Source: a virus
Taxonomy: Duplodnaviria > Caudoviricetes
Strand: one strand, 5' to 3'
Length of the DNA stretch: 64,000 nt
IMG/VR virus record: IMGVR_UViG_2507262055_000001
Shown here: in pieces, positions 25,925 to 35,512 of the stretch
Layout: each line of letters starts with the position of its first letter
How positions within the stretch are numbered: position 1 is the first letter of the stretch
Notes under the pieces: model-generated
The model's database searches: none
The model's input: the letters and a program-made list of their open reading frames with translations, nothing else
Told to the model about the DNA's origin: nothing
Program-made: the position numbers and the translations under genes

Positions 25925-26069
25925 GTTTGCATAGGGTGTGCGGTCGCGCACCTGTGCGTTGCCGCTGCCCTCCTTGGGCGTTTCCTCCTTAGACTTGGCC
26001 GCGCCGCCTGCATTGACTGCATCATGCAGGCGGCGGCCCTTTCCCACGGTGGTCGATGTGGCGTTACGG

Positions 26070-26411
26070 GTGTTGGGCCACAAGCTGAGACCGCCAGCGC
26101 GCAATACGCTCATCTCGGTAAGGCCGAAGGAAGCGCTGCCGTTCTACCTGTCGCCTGAGTGGAAGGCCCTGATGAGACAGATCATCAAGGTTAGGGGCAG
26201 GCGATGCGAAGATCCGCAGCATGACATAGCCAAGCCGCGCGATGGCATTCGGCTCTACGGTGACCACATCATCGAGCTTGCTGATCGTGGACCCAAGCTC
26301 GATCCATCCAACGTGCTGCTGCGTTGCGGTCCGTGCCACGGTCGCAAGACGGCCGAAGCCAGGGCCGCTCGCGCCCAAGGCCGAGGGGGGCCTTCAATCT
26401 CTGGCGCGTAA
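26070..26411 (+). CDS. HNH endonuclease (packaging-associated); start uncertain
   Basis: FYLSPEWKALM...RC...DHIIEL...DPSNVLLRCGPCHGRKT directly upstream of terS. Confidence 0.85.
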   Translation: MLGHKLRPPARNTLISVRPKEALPFYLSPEWKALMRQIIKVRGRRCEDPQHDIAKPRDGIRLYGDHIIELADRGPKLDPSNVLLRCGPCHGRKTAEARAARAQGRGGPSISGA

Positions 26412-26500
26412 GGAGCGGGAACCGCATGGTTCGTCATACGCGGAAATTTTTTCTGGGCCCAGAGCGTTGATTTAATCGAAGCCCAATCAAAGAAATCAAA
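26383..26500. other. Probable cos packaging region
   Basis: G-run, then CGCGGAAATTTTTT, then repeated AATCAA/TTGATT boxes between HNH and terS, the usual cos position in HK97-like phages. Confidence 0.5.
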
Positions 26501-26506
26501 CGGCCC

Positions 26507-27136
26507 ATGAGTTTTGGCGACGAGACGGCTCCGAAGTCCAAGCGCGGCGGCAAACGCCCTGGCGCTGGCCGGAAGCCGAAGGGTCACAAGGCGACTTCGG
26601 CGCTGCCGGCACTCGATCTCGAGGCGGCCTTGGCGGCGCCGGCGCCCGACGACATCGAGTCGACCGCGCAGGCCTATTCCCGCGGCGCGATCGCCTCGCT
26701 GGTGAAGCAGCTCTGCCACGGCAAGAGCGAGTCCTCGAAGGTGAACGCGGCGAACGCCATCCTCGATCGAGGTTACGGCAAACCGTCAGTCGACATCGGC
26801 GGCCTCTCGCAGCTGTCGCTGTTCGGCGGCATTCGGCCGGCGGCCGTCGTCGGCGACGAGATCCGCGTCGAGGCGCGCAAGTACGCCAACCTGGCGATCG
26901 AGGTGCTGGGTTCGATCGCCACGCGCGGTGAAACCGAGAGCGCGAGGGTTTCGGCCGCGAAGTCGCTCCTCGATCGAGGAGTGGGAACGGTGCAGGTGGC
27001 CAAGGTGCCGGAAGGCTTGCAGCCAAAGGCGTTGGGTAAGAAGGAAGAGGCCGCCGTCGCCGCCCGCAATGCTGCGGCCGGGAAATATGCTCCGCCTGCT
27101 GCGCCGGGCTCACGTAGGGTTGAGACCGTTCAGTGA
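26507..27136 (+). CDS. terS: Terminase small subunit (internally duplicated)
   Basis: N-terminal RGGKRPGAGRKPKG; lies directly upstream of terL with an overlap. Confidence 0.75.
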   Translation: MSFGDETAPKSKRGGKRPGAGRKPKGHKATSALPALDLEAALAAPAPDDIESTAQAYSRGAIASLVKQLCHGKSESSKVNAANAILDRGYGKPSVDIGGLSQLSLFGGIRPAAVVGDEIRVEARKYANLAIEVLGSIATRGETESARVSAAKSLLDRGVGTVQVAKVPEGLQPKALGKKEEAAVAARNAAAGKYAPPAAPGSRRVETVQ

Positions 27137-29076
27137 ACATGATGCCGACGTGGTCGACCGCGTGCCTCGACTGGAAGGAACGCATCGTCAACCGGCAATC
27201 GCTGGTGACGTTCGACGCCCTCTTCCCGGATGAAGCGGAAGCAGCTCTGTCGATCTTTCGGGATCTGATCCTGGTCGACGTGCCTGGTCGACCGACGATC
27301 GGCGAATGTTGCCTGCCGTGGGTCTATGATCTCCCGCGCATCCTGTTCGGCTCATACGATGCCGAGGGGATCTCCGACCCGGCTAATCTCGGCCGCCGAC
27401 TGATCCGCTATTTTCTTCTTCACGTTGCGAAGAAGAACACCAAGTCCACACTGGCCGCCGGCGTGATGGTCACAGCACTCCTGCGCAACTGGCGCGAGAG
27501 CGGCGAGTTCTACATCCTGGCGCCGACCAAGGAAGTTGCCGACAACTCGTTTTTCCCCGCGCGCGACATGATCCGCGCCGACGAGGAACTGCTCAAGCTT
27601 CTGCACGTCCAGGACAGCCAGCGGCTGATCACACACAGGACGACGGGCGCGTTTCTGAAGGTCGCCGCGGCCGACAGCGAAACGGTGTCCGGCAAGAAGA
27701 CGATCGGGCTCCTGATCGACGAACTCTGGCTGTTCGGGCAGCGCGCCAATGCTGAATCGATGATCCGTGAGGCCGAGGGCGGTCTCAACTCGCGACCCGA
27801 GGGCTTCGTGATCTATCTGACGACGCAATCGCCGAAGCCGCCCGCCGGCATCTTCGATCAGAAGCTGAAGGACTTCCGCGACATCCGCGACGGCAAACTG
27901 GTCGATCCGCAGAGCCTGCCGATCATCTACGAGTTCCCCGAGGAGATGATCAAGTCGAAGGCTTACGAGAAGCCTGAGAACTGGTTCATCCCGAATCCCA
28001 ACTGGGGCAAGTCGGTCGACCCGAACTTTCTGATCGGCAAGCGCGCCGAGGCTGCCCGCAGCGGCAAGGCCTCGCTGATCGACTGGGACGCGAAGTTTCT
28101 CAACGTCCAGGCCGGCATGTCGCAGCGTGCCGATGGCTGGGCTGGCGCCGAGCTCTGGGATCGCGGCATCGACCGATCGCTCACATTGGACACGGTCCTC
28201 GAGCGGAGCGAGGTCGTGACGATGGGCCTCGACGGCGGCGGCCTCGACGATCTGCTTGGCGCCGGCGTGGTCGGACGCGAGAAGGTAACGAAGCGCTGGC
28301 TCGGTTGGGCTTGCGCCCTGATTTCGACGATCGGTCTTTATCGCCGGAAGGCAAACCTGACGGAGTACAAGAAGTTCATCGCATCCGGTGATCTGATCGT
28401 GTTCCGCTTTCATAGCAAAGATGCCGAGGAAGCCGAGAGCGATCCGGACGTGGCCGCGCTGCTGGCCGAATTTCCGCCGGCCATCAGCATCGAGGGCGAA
28501 CTTCCATTCGACATCAAGTTCGTTGTCGACCTGGTGGCGAAGATCCGGGACGTCGGCTTGCTTGCCCAGGTCGGCGTCGACGCCGCCGGCATCGGCGCCA
28601 TCGTCGACGCGCTCGCCGGGATCGACATCACGCAGGACGCCGAGACGCTCGACGCCGTGCGGCAGGGCATCGGCCTGATGGGTGCCTACAAGACTGTCGA
28701 GCGCAAGCTTGGCGATCGGACATTCCTTCACTGTGGGTCCGAGCTTCTCAACTGGTGTGTCGGCAATGCACGCGTGGTGCTGACGACGACCGCGTCGCGG
28801 ATTGCGCGTGAAGAAGCCGGCTTTGGAAAGATCGACCCGTTGATCGCGCTGTTCAATGCGGCCCACTTGATGACGCTCAACCCCGAAGCGAGCGGGCTGT
28901 CCGTTTTCGACACCATGGGCGACGGCGAAGACCCGCAATCGGATGCCGAGTCCGCGCAAGACGTTGCCGAAGAGGCGGCGATCCTCCGCGATCCGCAGCA
29001 TCCTCGCTTCGAAGAGATGCGCGAGCGTTTCAACGCGCGCCTGGCCGCCAACGATCAGGACGATCTGTATGCGTAA
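27133..29076 (+). CDS. terL: Terminase large subunit
   Basis: Walker A-like AKKNTKST, Walker B LLIDELW, nuclease GLDGGGLDDL, KIDPLIALFNA. Confidence 0.95.
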   Translation: MNMMPTWSTACLDWKERIVNRQSLVTFDALFPDEAEAALSIFRDLILVDVPGRPTIGECCLPWVYDLPRILFGSYDAEGISDPANLGRRLIRYFLLHVAKKNTKSTLAAGVMVTALLRNWRESGEFYILAPTKEVADNSFFPARDMIRADEELLKLLHVQDSQRLITHRTTGAFLKVAAADSETVSGKKTIGLLIDELWLFGQRANAESMIREAEGGLNSRPEGFVIYLTTQSPKPPAGIFDQKLKDFRDIRDGKLVDPQSLPIIYEFPEEMIKSKAYEKPENWFIPNPNWGKSVDPNFLIGKRAEAARSGKASLIDWDAKFLNVQAGMSQRADGWAGAELWDRGIDRSLTLDTVLERSEVVTMGLDGGGLDDLLGAGVVGREKVTKRWLGWACALISTIGLYRRKANLTEYKKFIASGDLIVFRFHSKDAEEAESDPDVAALLAEFPPAISIEGELPFDIKFVVDLVAKIRDVGLLAQVGVDAAGIGAIVDALAGIDITQDAETLDAVRQGIGLMGAYKTVERKLGDRTFLHCGSELLNWCVGNARVVLTTTASRIAREEAGFGKIDPLIALFNAAHLMTLNPEASGLSVFDTMGDGEDPQSDAESAQDVAEEAAILRDPQHPRFEEMRERFNARLAANDQDDLYA

Positions 29077-29272
29077 GGCACTTGCAGCGGTGGGCGTCTG
29101 GGTCCGCGCGAACATCGACGCGCGTGATGTCATGCTGGCGTCCGGCCTGACGCTCCTGGCCTTGGGCCTCTGGCAGGTCTGGCCGCCGGCGGCACTGATC
29201 GTGCCAGGCGTAATCATCTCGGCGGTGGCGATCTTCGCCGGCCGCATCAACGGCAGCGCAGGGGAGGGCTGA
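29069..29272 (+). CDS. Small membrane protein between terL and portal
   Basis: 67 aa with two hydrophobic helices; overlaps the terL stop. Confidence 0.65.
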   Translation: MRKALAAVGVWVRANIDARDVMLASGLTLLALGLWQVWPPAALIVPGVIISAVAIFAGRINGSAGEG

Positions 29273-29273
29273 C

Positions 29274-30659
29274 ATGGGAATCCTCGCGCGCGTGACGTCC
29301 GACCAGCGCTATCCTGGTGCTGCTCGCGTCTCGAATCCCATCCGCACGCTTGCTGGCGTCGCGATCACGCCGGACACCGCAATCACCAGCGCGACCGTTT
29401 GGGCATGCATCCGCTATCTGTCGCAGACGGTGGCTGTGCCGCCGTGGCACGTAAAGAAGGATGGGAAGAACGGCCCGGAGATCCAGTCCTCGCACGGCGT
29501 CGACTACCTGTTGTGGAAGCGGCCGAGCAGAGAGTGGTCTTCGTTCCAGTTCAGAGAGACGCTGACGCATTGGGCACTCCGCTGGGGAAACGGTTATGGG
29601 GAAATCGAGCCTGATCAGCTTGGGCGTCCGTTTGCGATGTGGCCCATCCATCCCGAGCGGGTCACGGTCTACCGGGCAATCGAACCTGCCGAAGATGCAT
29701 ATGGCACGGTTATTGAGACCGGGGATCTGTACTACGAGGTCGACACCCGCGGCGAGACGCAGGGTCCGCGGACGATCCTCGCCGCTGCCAACATGTTCCA
29801 TATCCGCGGCTTTGGCGAAGGCCCCGTCGGCGTCAACGTAATTTCCTATGCGGCGCAGTCGCTCGGTTGGGCCCGGGCGGCGCAGTTGTTCGGCGCATCC
29901 TTCTTCGGCAACGGCATGAATCCCGCCGGCGTGGTCGTCAACAAGAAGCCATTGAAGCCGGATGGATTGAAGCGCCAGAAAGCGGAATTCGAGCAGCTCT
30001 ACAAGGGCCCGAACAATGCCAACCGCACGGCATTCCTCGATAACGATGCCGACTGGAAAGCGATCGGCTTCAACGCGCGTGATGCGCAGCTGATCGACGT
30101 TCACCAGTTCCTGATCGAAGAACAATGTCGATGGTTCGGTGTGCCGCCGCACAAGGTCATGCACCTGTTGCGCGCGACCTTCACCAACATCGAGAGCCAG
30201 GGCATCGAAGTCGTGGTCGATTCCATCTCCCCTTGGGTGAAGCGCTTCGAGGATGAGGCCGAATACAAATTGTTCGGCCAGAACCGCCAGAGGCTTTACA
30301 CCAAGATCGACATGCGGGGCCTGATGCGGGGCGACATGGCGGCGCGCGTAGCCTACTACCAGGCCATGGTCGGCATCGGGGCCTATTCGCCGAACCGCGT
30401 GCTCGAGCTCGAGGACGAGAACACGATCGGGGCGGATGGCGATATCCACGTGATGCAGTCGCAGAACGTGACGCTGGAGCGCATCGCCGATGGCACTGCG
30501 ACGGCCGCGGCCGCACCTGGTTCAACGCCAGCTGAGCCGGCCGAGCCAGATGATCCGGCGACGCCGCCAGAAGTCGGCGAGGATGAAGAAACGCAGGCGC
30601 GGATGGCCCGGAGGCTTTACGCGATCGAGCAGCTGATGGGCGAGCCCACGCATGTCTAA
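29274..30659 (+). CDS. HK97-family portal protein
   Basis: VWACIRYLS, LRWGNGY, WPIHPERV, FHIRG, FFGNG, GVPPHK, NIESQ, SPNRVLELED. Confidence 0.95.
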   Translation: MGILARVTSDQRYPGAARVSNPIRTLAGVAITPDTAITSATVWACIRYLSQTVAVPPWHVKKDGKNGPEIQSSHGVDYLLWKRPSREWSSFQFRETLTHWALRWGNGYGEIEPDQLGRPFAMWPIHPERVTVYRAIEPAEDAYGTVIETGDLYYEVDTRGETQGPRTILAAANMFHIRGFGEGPVGVNVISYAAQSLGWARAAQLFGASFFGNGMNPAGVVVNKKPLKPDGLKRQKAEFEQLYKGPNNANRTAFLDNDADWKAIGFNARDAQLIDVHQFLIEEQCRWFGVPPHKVMHLLRATFTNIESQGIEVVVDSISPWVKRFEDEAEYKLFGQNRQRLYTKIDMRGLMRGDMAARVAYYQAMVGIGAYSPNRVLELEDENTIGADGDIHVMQSQNVTLERIADGTATAAAAPGSTPAEPAEPDDPATPPEVGEDEETQARMARRLYAIEQLMGEPTHV

Positions 30660-31719
30660 GGTCCCCGTCATGCTCGCGCGCGGCGAAACGCCGCCGCTCG
30701 AGAAGCCGGTCTCGCTGCTTGAGCGCACTATCGCTCTGGTGGAGCGGCTCGTCGGCCGCGTCAGTGCGCTCGAGCAGAAGCCGCTCGGCCGCGATGGTCG
30801 CGATGGTATCCAGGGCGAACGCGGCGCCGCGGGCGAAGCAGGACCGCGCGGCGAGGCCGGGCCGATCGGCGAGCGTGGTGAGCAAGGCCCGCGCGGCGAG
30901 GCCGGTCCAGCCGGTGAACAGGGGCTGGCCGGCGACCGCGGCGAAGCCGGTCCGCAAGGTGATCACGGTCCCGCTGGCGAGCCCGGCGAAGCTGGTCCGC
31001 AGGGCGCGCGCGGCGAGCCAGGTGAGCGTGGTGAGACCGGACCGCAGGGTGATCAGGGCCCGGCCGGTGAACGCGGCGAAGCCGGCCGGCAGGGTGAGCG
31101 CGGCGAGGCAGGCGAGCGTGGTGAGGCCGGACCGCAGGGCGACGCCGGACCAGCCGGTGAGCGCGGCGAAGTCGGTCCGCAAGGCGAAGCTGGCCCGCGT
31201 GGCGAGCGTGGCGACATCGGTCCTCGGGGCGAGATCGGCCCTGTCGGCGAACGAGGTACGGCCGGAGAAGCTGGCCCGACCGGCGAGCAGGGTCCCGAAG
31301 GCCAAATCGGCCGCGACGGTCGCGACGGTTTGCCGGGCATCCAGGGCGAGCGAGGCCCCCATGGCGAGGCCGGCGCGATCGGCCCGCAAGGTGAAGCCGG
31401 TCCGCGCGGTGAAACCGGCGAGCCTGGTCCGCGTGGTGAAGGCGGTCCGATGGGCCCGCAAGGCGATCAAGGACTCCCGGGCCCGCGCGGCGAGCGCGGC
31501 GAGGCCGGTCCCCGCGGTGAACAGGGATTGCAGGGCCCGATCGGCAAGCAAGGCCCGCGCGGCGAGGCTGGTCCGATCGGCCAGCGGGGCGAGCCTGGTG
31601 CGAACATCGAGATCGGCGACGTCTTCCGTGCCGGCATCACGTCGAAGGACCTGGATCGCCTTATGGTCCGCGAGATCACCGTCAATGGCGAGACCTTTCA
31701 GGTCCTCGTTCCGAATTGA
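30652..31719 (+). CDS. Collagen-like protein (~90 uninterrupted Gly-X-Y triplets)
   Basis: Gly every third residue from GRDGRD to GEPGA; short coiled-coil N-terminus and short globular C-terminus. Confidence 0.9.
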   Translation: MSKVPVMLARGETPPLEKPVSLLERTIALVERLVGRVSALEQKPLGRDGRDGIQGERGAAGEAGPRGEAGPIGERGEQGPRGEAGPAGEQGLAGDRGEAGPQGDHGPAGEPGEAGPQGARGEPGERGETGPQGDQGPAGERGEAGRQGERGEAGERGEAGPQGDAGPAGERGEVGPQGEAGPRGERGDIGPRGEIGPVGERGTAGEAGPTGEQGPEGQIGRDGRDGLPGIQGERGPHGEAGAIGPQGEAGPRGETGEPGPRGEGGPMGPQGDQGLPGPRGERGEAGPRGEQGLQGPIGKQGPRGEAGPIGQRGEPGANIEIGDVFRAGITSKDLDRLMVREITVNGETFQVLVPN

Positions 31720-31727
31720 GGTCTGAT

Positions 31728-32465
31728 ATGAGCAAGCGCTTTCCGATCTTCAACGCCGTCGTGCCGATCAAGGCCAAGCCAACCGCCGGCGCCAAGCCGA
31801 GCGGCTATCGCGTTGTCGCCAACAAGGCGACCAATAGCGCCGAGATCTACGTCTACGGCGTGATCGGCGGCGACTGGTTCGGAGAGGGCGTGACCGCCAA
31901 GCAGTTTGCCGACGATCTCAAGGCGCTCGGCAACGTCAAGACCATCGACCTTCGGATCAACTCCGAAGGCGGTTCAGTGTTCGACGGCAAGGCGATGTAC
32001 TCGCTCCTCAACGAGCACAAGGCCAAGAAGATCGTGCACATTGACGGGCTGGCGGCGAGCGCTGCCTCGTTCCTGGCGATGGCCGGCGACGAGATCGAGA
32101 TTGCCGAAGGCGCCTTCGTGATGATCCACAACGCCTACACCATTGCGATGGGCGATGCGCGCGAGCTGCGACGCTCGGCCGAGATGCTCGACACCGTCAA
32201 CAACACCATCATCGACGTCTATGCGGCGCGCACCAAGGGCGATCGCAAGAAGATCACGCAAATGATGAACGACGAGACCTGGATGACCGGTGCGGAAGCC
32301 GTCGAGAACGGCTTTGCCGATCGCATGGTCGAGAATCTGAAGATCGCCGCCTGCGTCAGCAACGCAAAGGCGCTCGAGACCTTCAAGAAGGTCCCAGCAT
32401 CGCTGAAGCCGAACAACCGCCGCGCCGCTGCCGCCTTTGCGCGCATCGCGGCGCTGAAGACCTGA
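31728..32465 (+). CDS. ClpP-type (S14) prohead maturation protease
   Basis: INSEGGSVFDG, GLAASAASF (Ser), MIHNA (His), ETWMTGAEAVENGFAD. Confidence 0.93.
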   Translation: MSKRFPIFNAVVPIKAKPTAGAKPSGYRVVANKATNSAEIYVYGVIGGDWFGEGVTAKQFADDLKALGNVKTIDLRINSEGGSVFDGKAMYSLLNEHKAKKIVHIDGLAASAASFLAMAGDEIEIAEGAFVMIHNAYTIAMGDARELRRSAEMLDTVNNTIIDVYAARTKGDRKKITQMMNDETWMTGAEAVENGFADRMVENLKIAACVSNAKALETFKKVPASLKPNNRRAAAAFARIAALKT

Positions 32466-32593
32466 TCACGAGATTCCGTCTGCAGACGGATACGCGCCGC
32501 AGTGATGCGCCGCGTCAATCGCGACCGATGTGAGATCGGCCGCATCATAGGTCCCGTCGTGAGACGAGACAGCCCATAGAAGGACAGAATTCT

Positions 32594-34063
32594 ATGACCA
32601 TGAAGAGCGCCCTTCTGGGCGAAACGAGAATGCTCGCTTTGCTGTCGACCTCGCGCCTGGCCGCACTTGCGGCGGTCGGTGCGATGTCGATCGGCATGAT
32701 CCGGATGGACACCGCCGGCAACACGCTTCCCGAGCTCGAGGCGCGCGCCGTCGAGATCAACGCGGCGCTCGATGCCTTCCGCGTTCGCGCTGAGGCCGGC
32801 GAGGATCTCACCGACGAAGAGACCGACGAGATTGAGGCCACCGCCGGTGAGCTCGAGAAGCTCAACAAGAAGATCAAGGCGATGAAGCTGCTGCAGCCCA
32901 CGGGTCAGGGCCGCCGCAGCTCGCCGGAGGCGCGGACCGAACCTGCCGCCGGCGGCCGCCGCACCGTGCCGGCCGAGCCGCGGCAGGATGCCCAGCGCAT
33001 GGGCTTCCGCTCGTTCGGCGAGTTCGCGCAGACGGTGCAGAACCATTACCGCGGTAACGTGAATGATCAAGTCACGCGCCTCCGCAACGCCGCGACAACC
33101 TTCGGCAATGAAGGTGTCGGCGCCGATGGCGGCTTCCTGATCCCCCCGTCGTTCTCCGCCAACATCTGGCAGAAGGTCAACGGCATCGAGAGCCTGCTGT
33201 CGCGTTGCACGCCGCTGACCACTGACGGGAACAGCCTCACGATTCCGAAGGACGAGGTCACGCCTTGGGACACCACCAAGGGTGTGCAGGTCTACTGGGA
33301 GGGTGAGGGCCAGCAGATCCCGCAGTCCAAGGGCCTTTACGAAATGGGCCAGCTGCGTCTCTCCAAGCTGTCGGCCCTGGTGCCGATCAGCGAAGAGATG
33401 ATGCAGGACGCTTCGGGCCTCGAGTCCTGGCTGAATGCCAAGGCGCCGCAGAAGATGACCTCGAAGATCAACACCGCGATCGTCGCCGGCACCGGCGCCG
33501 GTCAGCCGCTCGGCATGATCCCGGGCTATGGTGCGGTCGGTGCGTCCGTCATCCAGGTCTCGAAGGAAACCTCGCAGCCCGCTGCTACCGTCTGGTTCGC
33601 CAACATCAACAAGATGTGGGGCCGGATGTACGCCGGGTGGCGCAGCAACGCGATCTGGCTGGTCAACCAGGACGTCGAGCCGCAGCTCGAAGGCATGGCG
33701 TTTGTCGGCAACGGCATCACGCCGACGGCGGCGTCGTCGACGCCGGTCTATCTGCCGCCCGGTGGCCTCAACGACGCGCCGTATGCGCGCCTCAAGGGCC
33801 GTCCGGTCGTGCCGATCGAGGCGTGCTCCGCACTCGGCAATCTGGGCGACATCATCCTCTGCGATCTGAGCCAGTACTGGGCCCTGACCAAGGCGGGTGG
33901 TGCGATCCAGACCGACACCAGCATCCATCTCTACTTCGACCAGGCGCTGACGGCGTTCCGCTTCATCTTCCGGGTGAACGGTCAGCCCGCCTGGTCGGCG
34001 CCGATCACGCGCCAGAACGGCAGCAACACGCTGTCCTGGGCCGTCACGCTGCAGGCGCGCTGA
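32594..34063 (+). CDS. HK97-fold major capsid protein
   Basis: Coiled-coil delta domain, DGGFLIP, WEGEG, KLSALVPISEEMMQD, LKGRPVV, GDIILCDLSQY. Confidence 0.93.
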   Translation: MTMKSALLGETRMLALLSTSRLAALAAVGAMSIGMIRMDTAGNTLPELEARAVEINAALDAFRVRAEAGEDLTDEETDEIEATAGELEKLNKKIKAMKLLQPTGQGRRSSPEARTEPAAGGRRTVPAEPRQDAQRMGFRSFGEFAQTVQNHYRGNVNDQVTRLRNAATTFGNEGVGADGGFLIPPSFSANIWQKVNGIESLLSRCTPLTTDGNSLTIPKDEVTPWDTTKGVQVYWEGEGQQIPQSKGLYEMGQLRLSKLSALVPISEEMMQDASGLESWLNAKAPQKMTSKINTAIVAGTGAGQPLGMIPGYGAVGASVIQVSKETSQPAATVWFANINKMWGRMYAGWRSNAIWLVNQDVEPQLEGMAFVGNGITPTAASSTPVYLPPGGLNDAPYARLKGRPVVPIEACSALGNLGDIILCDLSQYWALTKAGGAIQTDTSIHLYFDQALTAFRFIFRVNGQPAWSAPITRQNGSNTLSWAVTLQAR

Positions 34064-34151
34064 TCCGACTGAGCCTGCGCCTTACCCGGCGCAGGCCTCC
34101 CCGCAATCCTCGCGCCCCGCGCGGCGCCATTTCTCGAAGGGACCACCCCAA

Positions 34152-34694
34152 ATGGACTTCAACCAGCACTTCTGTGAAAAGAACCAGATCGCGCAGGGCT
34201 TGCTGCCGGTTCTGATGAACACCGCGGCCAACAACGGCGACTGGGTCAGCATGAAGGGCTACGGCCGCATGGCGATCCTGGTCTTCAAGGCCGTCGGCAC
34301 CGCCGGCGACGATCCCACCATCACCATCAAGCAGGCGACCGACGTATCCGGTACCGGCGCGAAGGCGCTCGGCTTCACCGAGGTCCGCAAGAAGCAGGCC
34401 ACGCCGAATCTGCTGGCGGTCGACCAGTTCACCAAGTCCACCGTCGCGTCTCCCGCGACCAACGACACCTTCAACACGACGAACGGCACCTGGACGAATA
34501 CGGATCTCGCCGAGCAGGCCGCGATCATCGTCATCGACATCAAGGCCGAGGATCTCGACGTCAACGGCGGCTTTGACTGCATCCAGGTCTCGATCGCCGA
34601 CATTGGCACCAACGCCCAGCTCGGCTCCGCGCTCTACTTCGGGCACGAGCCGCGCTACCCGAAGGATGCACTCGACTCCATGATCGTCGACTGA
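34152..34694 (+). CDS. Probable head decoration/cement protein
   Basis: Directly after the capsid gene; beta-rich NNGDWVSMKGY...DLDVNGGFDCIQVSIAD pattern. Confidence 0.6.
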   Translation: MDFNQHFCEKNQIAQGLLPVLMNTAANNGDWVSMKGYGRMAILVFKAVGTAGDDPTITIKQATDVSGTGAKALGFTEVRKKQATPNLLAVDQFTKSTVASPATNDTFNTTNGTWTNTDLAEQAAIIVIDIKAEDLDVNGGFDCIQVSIADIGTNAQLGSALYFGHEPRYPKDALDSMIVD

Positions 34695-34723
34695 TCGGTC
34701 TCCCTTGATCGACAAGTAGCTGG

Positions 34724-34751
34724 AAAGCCCCGCCATCGCGCGGGGCTTTTT
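34724..34751 (+). terminator. Intrinsic (bidirectional-type) terminator after the capsid and decoration genes
   Basis: AAAGCCCCGC-CATCGC-GCGGGGCTTTTT. Confidence 0.85.
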
Positions 34752-34793
34752 CGCGTCTAGGGTATAGGGCAGTTTTCAAAACCGGAGCCGATC

Positions 34794-35174
34794 ATGAAGA
34801 TCCAGTTCGTTCAGCAGCACATCCTCCGCGGCGAAACGCGCGACAAGGACGTTGTCTTTGAGAAAGACCAGGTGGTCGATTTCGGCAAGGACCGCGTCGA
34901 AAACAGCTACGCGCAGGCGTACATCGATCGCGGCTATGCCGTCGAGTTCGACGAAGCTGGCGATCGCGTGCGCGAGAAGGGCAAGGCCGATACCACCAGG
35001 GCCGCAGCGAGGCTCGAAGCCCGCGGCAAGATCGTAATTCCGGACGATCTGTCGACGTTGGCCGATGCTGATCTGATCAATCTCGGCCGATCGGTCAGCG
35101 ACGACCAGGTCAAGACCAAGGATGATGCGCTGAAGGCGATCGAGACCGAGAAGGCTCGCCGCAACCCTACGTGA
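34794..35174 (+). CDS. Hypothetical head-region protein
   Basis: GGAG SD; C-terminal helix-extended-helix-like LSTLADADLINLG...KDDALKAI. Confidence 0.7.
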   Translation: MKIQFVQQHILRGETRDKDVVFEKDQVVDFGKDRVENSYAQAYIDRGYAVEFDEAGDRVREKGKADTTRAAARLEARGKIVIPDDLSTLADADLINLGRSVSDDQVKTKDDALKAIETEKARRNPT

Positions 35175-35509
35175 CGCCGGAAGGCGATCGGCTCGATCGC
35201 CACCTCCGGACCTCCATCACCGAGCTCTCCAAACCGAGCGAGCAAGCAACCATGCGCGGCATTCAGCGGCTGGCCAACGCGGCAGGCAATCTGATGAAGC
35301 AAGCGGACGCCGAGGCTGATGCCGCGGCGTCCGAGCTCGAGGCCGCCTATGCCGAGCAGGCCAGCGTCGCGAAGCGCTATTCGGCCTTCGCCAAGCAGGT
35401 CTCGCAGGCTTCGAAAGAGGCGCTCGATAATCTGAACCAGATCAGCAACGTCCCTTTGCCGGATGGGGACGGCTCCGAGAAGCCGCCCGGTTCGACGCCG
35501 GGCTCCTGA
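35171..35509 (+). CDS. Coiled-coil hypothetical protein
   Basis: Ala/Glu-rich heptads; GTGA overlap. Confidence 0.6.
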   Translation: MTPEGDRLDRHLRTSITELSKPSEQATMRGIQRLANAAGNLMKQADAEADAAASELEAAYAEQASVAKRYSAFAKQVSQASKEALDNLNQISNVPLPDGDGSEKPPGSTPGS

Positions 35510-35512
35510 TCC

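Noticed and set aside
27430-27460. TerL Walker A reads KKNTKST instead of the usual RKNGKS/T
   Set aside because: The catalytic Lys-Ser/Thr and the other motifs are intact, so it is most likely ordinary family variation, not inactivation.
27352-29250. Long antisense ORFs (also 22087-23901, 32219-33928, 55368-57065, 13062-14732, 48690-49961)
   Set aside because: Shadow frames of well-supported genes, expected with strong GC3 bias; no independent motifs or SDs.
30800-31600. Possible CRISPR or tandem DNA array
   Set aside because: The repeats are 9-nt-period coding degeneracy with no constant repeat and unique spacer structure; no cas genes in the window.
30181-31726. Repetitive alternative-frame ORFs over the collagen gene
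   Set aside because: Their periodicity is simply the Gly-X-Y codon repeat read in other frames.
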